From positions 253 through 64,252 of IMG/VR virus record IMGVR_UViG_3300031162_001603: a stretch of DNA of 64,000 nucleotides. One strand, written 5' to 3'. The stretch is from a virus. The notes beneath the pieces are model-generated. The model did not search any database and was not told where the DNA came from. It saw nothing but the letters and a program-made list of their open reading frames with translations. Below are positions 10,535-19,974 of this stretch, in pieces (position 1 is the stretch's first letter; every line of letters begins with the position of its first letter). The position numbers and the translations under genes were made by a program.

Positions 10535-11429
10535 CTTTAAATGCGTTTTTTTGAATTTCTAAATATCTAAACCTGTCTTTCTTTTTCATACCATTATATT
10601 GGTGCATATAACTTTCCATTTCATGAACTAACGGGTTTGTATTACTTGTTGGCGGATGCCACATATGAAAAATATCTATTGGTGGATTATCTGCATAGCT
10701 AACTTCTCCAAGAATAGTTGCTGCCTTATTCCAAAACATTTGGTCTTCAGCTGCATATCCCCAGAAAAGCTCTGGGTCAAATCCTCCTATTTGATAATAC
10801 ATTTCTCTTTCAACAACTATTGAGCCTCCTTTAGAGCCAAGCGCAGGCTTTCCTGCAAACATAGGTAAGCTTACATCTGGAGTGTTCTCATCGAACGTAC
10901 TGAAATCAACTTCTTTTGCTATTACCTTTGGAGTAAGTTCTTGTGATAGATACAGTACACGTCTTTTTCCGTATGTCTGCATACACTTTGAGTCTTTTAA
11001 ATTCTTATACAGTTCTTCAAAGAAATTCTCTTTAACAAGAATATCTATATCGTGTAACACATAATGTCTTGCTTTGTTTGAATATTTTACTCCGAAATTA
11101 TATGCAAAACTTCTGCTATATTTTTCAGAAACATTCCCTGGAGTCCAAATGTAGTTAACCTTATCTTCTAATAAATGTTTGCTATTTGGAAATTGGTCGT
11201 GTTCAACAAAGGTGAAGCAAAACGTCTTGGAACTGTCGATACCTTTATAATATTCAAATGCCCTTTCAAACGATTCTATAAGCGGAGCAAAGAATTCTTG
11301 TCTACCTTGGAATCCGATAATAACATTCATATCATATTCATTTTCATCAATTAAAGAAATATCTGATTTGTCTCTTATTTCTTTATAGCTGAACTTATTA
11401 CTCTCTAATGTTTCAAATATATTTTTCAT
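10527..11429 (-). CDS. GT7-like galactosyltransferase / GT-A
   Basis: SRSFAYNFG, LHDIDIL, IGGFDPELFWGYAAED (GT7 C-terminal GWGxEDD-like). Confidence 0.7.
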   Translation of the reverse strand: MKNIFETLESNKFSYKEIRDKSDISLIDENEYDMNVIIGFQGRQEFFAPLIESFERAFEYYKGIDSSKTFCFTFVEHDQFPNSKHLLEDKVNYIWTPGNVSEKYSRSFAYNFGVKYSNKARHYVLHDIDILVKENFFEELYKNLKDSKCMQTYGKRRVLYLSQELTPKVIAKEVDFSTFDENTPDVSLPMFAGKPALGSKGGSIVVEREMYYQIGGFDPELFWGYAAEDQMFWNKAATILGEVSYADNPPIDIFHMWHPPTSNTNPLVHEMESYMHQYNGMKKKDRFRYLEIQKNAFKDE

Positions 11430-12119
11430 TTAACTTAGATATTTTTTTAATAATTCATAATTGTAACTACTTGGGTTATTAAATCTCCCTGATACACCAG
11501 ACATACTTAGGTAGTCAATAAAGAATCTACTATCAACATTATAACTAGAGCCTTTTTCTTTATATTCTTTTTTAACTTTATTATCTAAAATGCCCTCCAT
11601 GATTTCAACTATATCACTCACGAGCATTTTATTGTCAATGGCAACGTTTATAATTTTTGAACTTGGTCCATTATCTATTAAATCTGATAACATACCATCT
11701 AAATCATCAGCGTCTATGAGATACCTGGTAGCAAGCTTATCTATTGTTAAATCAAGGTTTTTAGATATTTTATCCCTAAAGTAATTAAATAGAGTGTTTG
11801 GGTTATTATTAGTTCCAACTACAATTGGTAGTCTAAATATAATGTTGTTAGGAAAGTTTTCTAAAATGTAACCCTCCATTTCCCTCTTATGTAATACATA
11901 AGGAGAATCATGAAGGCTCATATCACTAAGACTGCAGGTGCTAAAATAAACAAGCCTACCTTTTTTATTTAAATAAGATTTAAGCTTATTTTTTTCTCGT
12001 TCAAACTCAGATTTATCTACCTCCTTGGAGTTAGAAACTCCTGAGGCAAAAATTATCACATCATTAGATTTTTCATATCTTTTTAGAGCATTAGCTATTA
12101 ATCCATTTCCTACTATCAT
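11430..12119 (-). CDS. NAD-dependent epimerase-like protein
   Basis: IVGNGLIA, FASGVSNS, YFSTCS, YVLHK, FRLPIVVG. Confidence 0.7.
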   Translation of the reverse strand: MIVGNGLIANALKRYEKSNDVIIFASGVSNSKEVDKSEFEREKNKLKSYLNKKGRLVYFSTCSLSDMSLHDSPYVLHKREMEGYILENFPNNIIFRLPIVVGTNNNPNTLFNYFRDKISKNLDLTIDKLATRYLIDADDLDGMLSDLIDNGPSSKIINVAIDNKMLVSDIVEIMEGILDNKVKKEYKEKGSSYNVDSRFFIDYLSMSGVSGRFNNPSSYNYELLKKYLS

Positions 12120-12121
12120 GA

Positions 12122-12862
12122 TTATAATTCATTTAAAGTTGTATATTTTTCTTTAGCACGAATATAATTTGATAACTCTACCTGCCTACTTTCGTTAATA
12201 GCTCCGTCTCTTGTAGTGTTAGATGCATTCCATATATAATGCACTTCTGATATGTGACGACTTCTATTACCACTTAATTCTAACATAGGTAGCATTACAG
12301 CTTGGTCTCCAGTTGTATCCAACCATTCTCCATCATCTCTTTTTAAATCTTTTTCATCAACCTTCAACAATAACTCTCTTCTCCAAGTTCTTAAGTGTGA
12401 TGCCAACCATCTGTGTTCTCTAAAAGAATTGCTATCAATAACCTCTTGTGGGTATGGCTGATAAATACTGGACACATCTCTGTAAGGAAACTCCTCGTAA
12501 GTCCCATATGTCATCCAGACTTCTCCAGAATTATATACATCATTTAACTTTTGTAACACCTTATTACTCTTAAGCCAATCATCCCCATCTATGGAAACGA
12601 TTATAGAACCTTCTTTTGCTTTTTTTGTAAGCCATAAGAAATTTGCAACCTGAGGTATTCTAACCTCATTTTGATAAACTTCTAAGTTATCAAAATCTTC
12701 AGCAAGTTTTTTAGAAATTTCAAAAGTATTGTCATCAGAAATAGCATCAACAAGAATTACATCAAAGTTGTCATACTTCTGAGTAACACAAGTACTTATG
12801 CATCTTTCAATCCAATCCTTGTGATTACAAGTATCTATTGCTATTGTAAAGTGATTGTTCAT
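12122..12862 (-). CDS. Glycosyltransferase family 2
   Basis: WIERCIST, IDGDDWL, SHLRTWR; paralogue of 12859..13605. Confidence 0.8.
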   Translation of the reverse strand: MNNHFTIAIDTCNHKDWIERCISTCVTQKYDNFDVILVDAISDDNTFEISKKLAEDFDNLEVYQNEVRIPQVANFLWLTKKAKEGSIIVSIDGDDWLKSNKVLQKLNDVYNSGEVWMTYGTYEEFPYRDVSSIYQPYPQEVIDSNSFREHRWLASHLRTWRRELLLKVDEKDLKRDDGEWLDTTGDQAVMLPMLELSGNRSRHISEVHYIWNASNTTRDGAINESRQVELSNYIRAKEKYTTLNEL

Positions 12863-13605
12863 TTATAGTCTTCTATTTGTTTCATTGGAGTTTTATTAGA
12901 CACATCCTTATGAACATCCCATTGAGCCTGTTGGTCAACTTTATCTTCAGAAATAGGATTATCTCTATTATAGATATAAAGAATCGTATCATTAAACTTT
13001 GTCTTTTCATGTCCAGCCATTTCCATAATTGTAAACATCATCGCTGTATCATATGACCAACGATAAAAATTACCTTCATCATCCTTAAGATGAGAAAAGT
13101 CTGGGTCTTGTTTTTCAATACTTTGATATAGACCAGCTCTGAAAGTTCTTAGGTGAGAAACTTTAAAACCTATAGTTCTTACATTCGCAAATTCCTCTGG
13201 AGTATAAGCTGATGCAAATCCTCTTCTACCATCTGTCCAACTTGCCTGACCATACATAATCCAACAATCAAGCTCTTTATATTGTTCATCAACATATTTA
13301 AGAACTTTCTTATTCGGGAACCAATCATCTCCATCTAATAAAACACAAATTGAATCTTCATTGCAATGATTCATTATAGCGTCATGTATATTCTCAAGAG
13401 CTGTTTTTCTAACTGTATTTTTTATACAAATAGCCCTATCATCATCATGAGGTAGTTTATCCCAAGAATCATCAGTAGACATATCATCAATAAATATCAT
13501 TTTGTAATTATCATACCTTTGAGATACTGCGGTTGCAATACATTGTTCCAAGAATTCTCCTGGGTTATAAAAAGGGATAATTATTACGATTTCATTATTT
13601 TCCAT
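12859..13605 (-). CDS. Glycosyltransferase family 2
   Basis: IIIPFYN, FIDDMSTD, LDGDDWF, SHLRTFR. Confidence 0.85.
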   Translation of the reverse strand: MENNEIVIIIPFYNPGEFLEQCIATAVSQRYDNYKMIFIDDMSTDDSWDKLPHDDDRAICIKNTVRKTALENIHDAIMNHCNEDSICVLLDGDDWFPNKKVLKYVDEQYKELDCWIMYGQASWTDGRRGFASAYTPEEFANVRTIGFKVSHLRTFRAGLYQSIEKQDPDFSHLKDDEGNFYRWSYDTAMMFTIMEMAGHEKTKFNDTILYIYNRDNPISEDKVDQQAQWDVHKDVSNKTPMKQIEDYK

Positions 13606-13616
13606 ATTTCCAAATT

Positions 13617-14228
13617 TTAACTTTGTTGTTCATCATCTTTATTTGTTAATTCATTAAGATATTCGCTTAGTCTGCTTATAACATTTTGACCTTCTTCATC
13701 AAGCTCTGCGCTAACTGGGTATACGCACTCTACCTTAGATTCGCTTTGTACTGGAATAAATAATATCTTGAATCCTGGTATTTTTCCAACAAATTTTTCA
13801 ACATCTTGTATAAATAATTCAATTTCCATGCGTTCCATGTTGTCGGTGTTTACATAAAACGCTAAAACAGCATTGTCAACATGATTTTGCTTAAGTAATT
13901 CTTTTTCTCCAAAAATAGCATATTTCAAAAAACCTTTTTCTGCTGCTGCTTCTAAAAGAAGACTTTCGAAGTCAAGCTTTAAATCTTGTTTTTCCCTGAC
14001 CCTTCCAAGGGTTTCCTTACAAAGAGCGTAGAAATATTTCTTTACCCACGAATCTTCTATATCACAAAACTTATCTTCTGACATATCTGACATGTTAGCA
14101 TATAATCTAAATGTTTCGTGAGCATCCTTAAGTAGAGACGTCATTTGTTCATCAAGAAGCTCTACAATTATAGTAGGAGCTCCTAACTTCCTTCTGGCAC
14201 GTTCTATTGTTTTTGTAGCATCAATCAT
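13617..14228 (-). CDS. Truncated gp13-like neck paralogue with a C-terminal portal-clip-like segment
   Basis: RRKLGAPTIIVELLDEQ and WVKKYFYALCKETLG align by eye with the N- and C-terminal blocks of 32351..33541. Confidence 0.7.
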   Translation of the reverse strand: MIDATKTIERARRKLGAPTIIVELLDEQMTSLLKDAHETFRLYANMSDMSEDKFCDIEDSWVKKYFYALCKETLGRVREKQDLKLDFESLLLEAAAEKGFLKYAIFGEKELLKQNHVDNAVLAFYVNTDNMERMEIELFIQDVEKFVGKIPGFKILFIPVQSESKVECVYPVSAELDEEGQNVISRLSEYLNELTNKDDEQQS

Positions 14229-15213
14229 TTTCTTCTTTTTGTTTTACTATTTCCTGAAATTTATCGAAAATTTCATCTATTTCATATTTTTCTTCTTCAG
14301 TAGCTTCATCCCATCTTTTTCCGAATTTCTTTATTGCAACTTTATCAAGAGCAGATGTTTCTACTGATAAGTTTCCAAAATCAAGTTTTTGATGACACCC
14401 TTCTATATTAGATAAATCTATTGAATCTAGGGTAGCAAATTTACCTTCCAAAAATTCTGCATTCATTATTTTTCTCCTAACTCTTGCTTCACTTTTCTTA
14501 TAAGCCATCTCCATATCATCTTCAATAGACTGCTGAACTCTTCCAGCAGGAGCATTTACTAAAGCGCTTCCCTTATAAGATATCATAAAGTTTCTTGGGA
14601 ATGATTCTGTAAAATCAAAAAGACCTACTTCAAGCTCTTCTACGTTTACAAATGTTGTTTTCCTAACAAGCTTATAAATATCCTTTCTTCTAAATATATG
14701 ACCATTCATTGAGAATGGGTATCCAAAATCAAGATAACGAAGTGTCCAATCCCACTTCATACAGTTGTTTCCGCAATATTCCATATCAAGTATTACATTC
14801 TCTGCACCAAGAGTATAGCACTTAGTAGTATTCTCTCCTAATCTAAGAGAAAAACAAACTACATCATCGTCTGATTCTATTTGATTGGTGATGTCTGCGA
14901 GTTTAACTTCTCTATATATAATGTCATCATCTAGAAAGAAGCATGAGTATTTATGGTCTGTTTTTAATAAACCAAGAACACGGTCTTTAAATTTAATATC
15001 ATCAATAATTAATTGAGATACAAACTTTACATCTTTATATAACGAATCGTTAATAACAAGACTGTACCCCTCAGCGTAACAATCTTCTGTATGACTAATT
15101 AATACAGTTAAATCAAATACATCTTTAGCATTTTTAATAGCACTATCAAGAAATATCTTAAGCTGTGCTGCATTGTCTTGTGAAAAAATAATTCCGTTAA
15201 TCTTTTGACTCAT
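14221..15213 (-). CDS. Putative GT-A glycosyltransferase
   Basis: IIFSQDNAAQL, FFLDDDIIY, FGYPFSMNGHIFR. Confidence 0.5.
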   Translation of the reverse strand: MSQKINGIIFSQDNAAQLKIFLDSAIKNAKDVFDLTVLISHTEDCYAEGYSLVINDSLYKDVKFVSQLIIDDIKFKDRVLGLLKTDHKYSCFFLDDDIIYREVKLADITNQIESDDDVVCFSLRLGENTTKCYTLGAENVILDMEYCGNNCMKWDWTLRYLDFGYPFSMNGHIFRRKDIYKLVRKTTFVNVEELEVGLFDFTESFPRNFMISYKGSALVNAPAGRVQQSIEDDMEMAYKKSEARVRRKIMNAEFLEGKFATLDSIDLSNIEGCHQKLDFGNLSVETSALDKVAIKKFGKRWDEATEEEKYEIDEIFDKFQEIVKQKEEND

Positions 15214-15214
15214 A

Positions 15215-15535
15215 TTACTTATTGTTTTTTTCTATTATTTCAATATAAGCATTTTTATCTTGAAGTCCAACAAGTTTACCAACTTCTTCTCCATTTTTTA
15301 TTGCAAATACAACTGGTATATTTCTCACACCATATTTAGCTGACAATTCTGGGTTATCATCAACATCTAATTTAGCTACAGTAACATCTGATTCTTCTGA
15401 CAAGTCTTCGAGAATAGGTCCAAGCGTTCTACATGGACCACACCATGGTGCTGAAAAATAAACAAGTACAACTCCTTTTTCTGATTCTATTATTTGATTA
15501 AACCCTTCTTGATTTGGATTAATTAACTTTCCCAT
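15215..15535 (-). CDS. trxA: Thioredoxin
   Basis: WCGPC active site, LDVDDNPELSAKYGVRNIP. Confidence 0.95.
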   Translation of the reverse strand: MGKLINPNQEGFNQIIESEKGVVLVYFSAPWCGPCRTLGPILEDLSEESDVTVAKLDVDDNPELSAKYGVRNIPVVFAIKNGEEVGKLVGLQDKNAYIEIIEKNNK

Positions 15536-15670
15536 GATTAAATTTTTAGTTTTTTATTGATTTATACATTTTCTTTCTATTTATATAAAAAAGCAATAGA
15601 AAGCTTTTGAAGATAAAAATAAATAATTGCTATAAGAAAATCAATTTTTTTGAATATTTATTAGAAACAA

Positions 15671-16042
15671 ATGAAAATGAACAAATCAAAAATTAGCCCA
15701 ATCGCTATTAAAAAAGCTGTTTTCGAAGAAGGTCTTAGAATCAAAAGAAAAGAAGAGCTTTACGAAGAAGTAAGAAGAATCAATAAAGAACTTGGTACAA
15801 TTAACGAAGCAAGCGTAGGTATGGCTGGTTCTTTCGGATTTGTAGGAGACCAGTCTGATAACCATAAACATGGTTTTGTAGATGATTCTTTCCAGAACAT
15901 TTCAAACATCGCAAGATTAGAAAAAGAATTCGAAGCATCTGATGCTAAAGAGTCAATCAATGAAGATATCATTGATGAAAACTCTCAACTTAAAGCTGAA
16001 ATTGAAGAGCTTAAGAAAAAACTTGAAGAATCAAAAAAATAA
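15671..16042 (+). CDS. Hypothetical coiled-coil protein, putative head-core protein
   Basis: Shares the RINKELGT block with 16070..16765; TATTTAT motif at 15655. Confidence 0.6.
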   Translation: MKMNKSKISPIAIKKAVFEEGLRIKRKEELYEEVRRINKELGTINEASVGMAGSFGFVGDQSDNHKHGFVDDSFQNISNIARLEKEFEASDAKESINEDIIDENSQLKAEIEELKKKLEESKK

Positions 16043-16069
16043 ACATAAAGAAAAAAAACACTATAAGTC

Positions 16070-16765
16070 ATGAAAGATAAATTTCAAATAACACAAGCGC
16101 AGTTGCAACAAATCATTAAAGAGGAGTATGCTTCTATGTCTAAAGAAAATGCAAGAGCTGGAGAAATTAACTCAAGAATCTCTGCTATTAACAAAGAATT
16201 AGGAACTTTACCTGAAACTCTTTCAGAGGTTGAAGCTGGTGGTCTTAAAGGGGTTAAATCAACTGGATGGACTGGAGATGGAGAATCTGATAAGAAATAC
16301 GATGAAAAGTTCGAAAAAATTGGAAGTCACTTGAAAGAGGATGAAGAGTTAGAAGGAGAGCTTGAAGTTGGCGGTGACGAAGAAGAAATGGAAGTTGAAG
16401 ATGAAGGTGGATACTTTGAAATGAAGTTTGCTGAACTTGGAAAAGAACTTGACGCTAAAATGGGTGGAGAATCTGAAGAAGAATCTAGTGAGGAGATTAT
16501 TGCTGACATGGGATTAGAAATGAGCGATGAAAATGACTCTGAGGAATCGGAAGTTGAGGAAATCGGAGCTGATGTTGATTCTGATGATTCTGATGATTCT
16601 GAAGAGCTTAATGAAGACCTTGAGGAGCCAATTGAAAAAGATAAGCATGTTAAAGAGAGTGTAAATGCTCCTGGTGCTGGAGTTTTAAGTGAAGGATTTA
16701 CTTCAAACAAAAAAACAGCTCTTAATTCTGAACTTGAAAGAATGAAAAGGCTTGCTAAACTATAA
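16070..16765 (+). CDS. Acidic scaffold-like head protein
   Basis: QLQQIIKEE N-terminal motif, Glu-rich core, C-terminal ELERMKRLAKL resembling the scaffold terminus EVSRMKQLAGI. Confidence 0.6.
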   Translation: MKDKFQITQAQLQQIIKEEYASMSKENARAGEINSRISAINKELGTLPETLSEVEAGGLKGVKSTGWTGDGESDKKYDEKFEKIGSHLKEDEELEGELEVGGDEEEMEVEDEGGYFEMKFAELGKELDAKMGGESEEESSEEIIADMGLEMSDENDSEESEVEEIGADVDSDDSDDSEELNEDLEEPIEKDKHVKESVNAPGAGVLSEGFTSNKKTALNSELERMKRLAKL

Positions 16766-16776
16766 TAGAGTTATCA

Positions 16777-17445
16777 ATGAATGATAAAGAAAAAATAATT
16801 AGAGATATAATTAGAAAAGAGAGCCTGAGAATGATAAAAGAATCTCAGGCTTCTTTTTTAGTGGAGTCTTCTGAATTGGAAAGCGATACTAAGATTAGAA
16901 TGAAAAAGATTAATGAGTATATTAATCTTTTAGAAAAAAATCTTGATAAACTTAACAGCGAAGAAAAGTCTGCTATGGATAAAGAAGATTATCTTGCTTT
17001 AAGAGATATTAAAAAAAATCAATTAAGTGAGTTATCATCTATGATTAAAAGTTACACACAAAAAATGGAGCTTTTAAATATGCAGAAATCTGAATTAGAA
17101 ACTGAATTTACAGATGTTGACACAAAGGGAGCTGGTATCTTTAAAAATCAAGAAATAAATGAGTTTAACGCTGAAAGTTTTCAAAAAGACTGGGGACTTA
17201 GAATAGAAACTCAAAACTATTATCTAGATTTAGTTAAACAAATGGAGGATACTAATAATTTCAAGGTTATGGATTCAAATATACCTGGATTAAAATCTGG
17301 ATTTGTATTAAGAGTTCCAACACTTTCTATAGGAGGAGAGGGTACCTTAAATGTTTATAGACACGCTGGTGGAAATAAATATGAAGAAATTGAAAAACCT
17401 CTAGTCCTTAGGAATATAAAGAAAATGTATAAAAATCCTCAATAA
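16777..17445 (+). CDS. Hypothetical protein
   Basis: 222-aa ORF, IIRDIIRKE N-terminal motif, operon context. Confidence 0.7.
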   Translation: MNDKEKIIRDIIRKESLRMIKESQASFLVESSELESDTKIRMKKINEYINLLEKNLDKLNSEEKSAMDKEDYLALRDIKKNQLSELSSMIKSYTQKMELLNMQKSELETEFTDVDTKGAGIFKNQEINEFNAESFQKDWGLRIETQNYYLDLVKQMEDTNNFKVMDSNIPGLKSGFVLRVPTLSIGGEGTLNVYRHAGGNKYEEIEKPLVLRNIKKMYKNPQ

Positions 17446-17452
17446 GGAATTA

Positions 17453-17499
17453 TATAACAAAAAAAAGCTCACTAAATTAGTGAGCTTTTTTTTGTTATA
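17453..17499. terminator. Bidirectional intrinsic terminator (perfect 23-bp inverted repeat)
   Basis: tataacaaaaaaaagctcactaa-a-ttagtgagcttttttttgttata between convergent genes. Confidence 0.9.
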
Positions 17500-17506
17500 A
17501 TAGTTT

Positions 17507-17668
17507 TTATTTAAGAAGCTGCCTTCCATCTTCTACCTTAATATCTCCACCTCTTTCTACGATATCATTTTTAAGGCTAAGCTTTTTTCTCTCAACTTTT
17601 TTTGCTGGAGTTTTTATGTCTTCAGGATTAATTAGCCCTTTTTCTATTGGATTTTTATTTTCTTTCAT
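17507..17668 (-). CDS. Small hypothetical protein (53 aa, not in the ORF track): MKENKNPIEKG...IKVEDGRQLLK
   Basis: Manual translation; starts 4 nt after the stop of 17672..17881 and shares its C-terminal DGR motif. Confidence 0.7.
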   Translation of the reverse strand: MKENKNPIEKGLINPEDIKTPAKKVERKKLSLKNDIVERGGDIKVEDGRQLLK

Positions 17669-17671
17669 AAT

Positions 17672-17881
17672 TTATTTGTTTTCGTTGAATATTTCTCTAC
17701 CGTCATCTGTTAATAATTTTCCTTCATTCTTAGACATAAGACCATTATTTTTAGAATTAGCTATCTTTTTAGCTTTTTCCTTAGAGTTTTCCATAAGCTG
17801 CTCACGACTTAAAAGACCTTTATCAGACTTTTTTTTATTATCGTCTCCAGGTAATTCTGGATTAAAATACTGTATATTCAT
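17672..17881 (-). CDS. Small hypothetical protein
   Basis: 69 aa ending KLLTDDGREIFNENK; TATTTAT motif on minus strand at 17897-17903. Confidence 0.7.
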   Translation of the reverse strand: MNIQYFNPELPGDDNKKKSDKGLLSREQLMENSKEKAKKIANSKNNGLMSKNEGKLLTDDGREIFNENK

Positions 17882-17929
17882 AATTTCTACTTTATTATAA
17901 ATAGGGGTAAAAAACAGAAACTATATAGT

Positions 17930-18718
17930 TTAAGTATTTCTTATAGTTCCAGGCATTTTCCCTTCATCTTCGAATTTTTCAAACCTATCAATAATATCAA
18001 TAAGTATCTGCTCACGAACAATATCTTCTTTTTCAAACTTGAATGTTTCACAACCATCTATCGTACTTATAATTTGATTGAAGATGTCAACTGCAACATG
18101 TTTTTTGTTAATATCATTTTGTCTAGTATCTCCCATGAAAACAATTTTACTATTTCTACCAAGACGAGTAACTATACTTTTCAAAGCTTTAATATCAAAA
18201 TTTTGGAACTCGTCAATTATAATAAAAGAGTCTTTTAATGAACGTCCTCTTAAAAATTGTGCTGGTTTAAATTCAATTAGTTTTTCATCCCAAAGATGCT
18301 TGAAATCTTTTGGAGATAAAAATTCTTCAAAAGAATCAATAAACGATTCTGCATAAACAGCCATTTTTTCTTCAAGTGTACCTGGGAGTGCTCCTGGGTC
18401 TTTTGTTCCAGATAAAACTTCTGTTGGTTTTGAAAGTATTATCTTTTTACACTTACCTGCAAGAAGAGCTTGAACAGCTGAATGACATGCGATAAACGTC
18501 TTTGAGGTTCCAGGAGGGCCAGTTATAGTTACAATTTTATTCTTATTAAGAATCTCTAAAACAGAATTTTGTTTTTTAGTAAGTTTAAAATCTAACTTCC
18601 TTACTTTTACAAATTCATTTGTTGTTTTTACAGAGTTTTTATAATCATCAATTTCTTCCTGAGCGTACTTAGGAATTTTCTTATTCTCTCTTCTTGGTTT
18701 GTTTCCGTTTTTAGCCAT
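17930..18718 (-). CDS. phoH: PhoH-like ATPase
   Basis: ITGPPGTSKT Walker A, FLRGRSL, IIIDEFQN, VTRLG, GDTRQND, VREQI. Confidence 0.92.
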   Translation of the reverse strand: MAKNGNKPRRENKKIPKYAQEEIDDYKNSVKTTNEFVKVRKLDFKLTKKQNSVLEILNKNKIVTITGPPGTSKTFIACHSAVQALLAGKCKKIILSKPTEVLSGTKDPGALPGTLEEKMAVYAESFIDSFEEFLSPKDFKHLWDEKLIEFKPAQFLRGRSLKDSFIIIDEFQNFDIKALKSIVTRLGRNSKIVFMGDTRQNDINKKHVAVDIFNQIISTIDGCETFKFEKEDIVREQILIDIIDRFEKFEDEGKMPGTIRNT

Positions 18719-18817
18719 ATGTTTTATATATATAACAATAAATAAGCATTTTTTTAATGAATAGCAAGTATTATTGGTTTAATAAAAAACTTAATATTTA
18801 TATAAAAAAGAACTGCT

Positions 18818-19924
18818 ATGGCTAAACAAATGAATATTGAAGAGTTAAAAGCTTTAATTGCTAACGGAATTAGGGAACAAAATTTACATGAAGCTCTCCC
18901 TGAAGGTGCTGTTGAGATTATAAAAGAAAAAATATTATCTATGAGAGATAAGGACTCTGCAGAGCAAATCCCTGAAGTAGTTTCAGAAGCTAGTCCTAAT
19001 TATGGGGCTGGACAAGAAGAGGGGATGCCCGATGCAAGAGAATTAGTAGCATCACCAGAACAACAGGTAAATATATCTGGAAGTACTCAACCAGAAGTTT
19101 TTGTAGATGCTGGTGCAGTTACGACAGATACTTCAGTTGAGCCGACCATGGGATATACCCCAGAACTTCCAGAAATACTTAAAAAATCAGCTCCTGCAGA
19201 GTTATTCGTATTTCAGTACAATGATATAGGTGAAAGTGGAGAGAATCTTAGCTATAAGCCTATGAGACTTATGGATGACCCTGATGTTAAACAGTCAATG
19301 CAAGACCTGTGGGTTAAAGAAGGGAAAACTAAGGCTAAAGTTTATGTGGCTAAATTCGAAGAGATAGGGGATATAGACTTTAACTACGCAGACGGTACAA
19401 GTAAATTTACAGAAAAAGCTTCACTCCCAGATTACGCAGGAGGAGTTGAATATAAAGATAACCCTTATGCTGCAGAATCAACACCTCAAATAGATGCATC
19501 TACACAGAATGAGCTTGAGACTTATATAAAGAGCTCTATAGACCTTGAGAAAGTGGTTAATGATATTGTTATGGGAATTGTAAAAGATTCTTTATTGACA
19601 AACACAGAACAAGCTGCAAATTCTGAACCAATAGCTGAGGACATAGCTCCAGTTGCAGATAGATTTGGGAATTCTACAGATAATGCTCAATCTATGAAGC
19701 CAATGGAAGAAGGTTCTTTAAATATGACAATGGAGGATATTGTCAAAGATGATGCATATGAAAAAATAATACTTCCTGATGGACTTAGTGAAAGTGTTTC
19801 TTCTGGAAATAAATCTATGATTGTTCTTGAAAACAAGGAGATTCAGATTTGGAATTTTGAAGGTAAGGAATATTATTTGCCGATTGGAAGGATTTCAAAA
19901 AACAAAGGATATACAAAAGTATAA
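18818..19924 (+). CDS. Acidic hypothetical protein, putative head-internal protein
   Basis: N-terminal ELKALIANGIRE; many xLxE sites; late motif at 18795. Confidence 0.65.
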   Translation: MAKQMNIEELKALIANGIREQNLHEALPEGAVEIIKEKILSMRDKDSAEQIPEVVSEASPNYGAGQEEGMPDARELVASPEQQVNISGSTQPEVFVDAGAVTTDTSVEPTMGYTPELPEILKKSAPAELFVFQYNDIGESGENLSYKPMRLMDDPDVKQSMQDLWVKEGKTKAKVYVAKFEEIGDIDFNYADGTSKFTEKASLPDYAGGVEYKDNPYAAESTPQIDASTQNELETYIKSSIDLEKVVNDIVMGIVKDSLLTNTEQAANSEPIAEDIAPVADRFGNSTDNAQSMKPMEEGSLNMTMEDIVKDDAYEKIILPDGLSESVSSGNKSMIVLENKEIQIWNFEGKEYYLPIGRISKNKGYTKV

Positions 19925-19974
19925 AATAACTTTACTTTAGTGTATAAAATTATTATATTTTAAAAAAAAATATT

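Noticed and set aside
15578-15585. T4-style TATAAATA late promoter driving the glycan operon on the minus strand
   Set aside because: The same site reads TATTTATA on the plus strand, the orientation used by all other late genes, so the direction is ambiguous and I do not claim it
16327-16710. Ser-rich antisense ORF
   Set aside because: Shadow of the Glu/Asp-rich codons of 16070..16765
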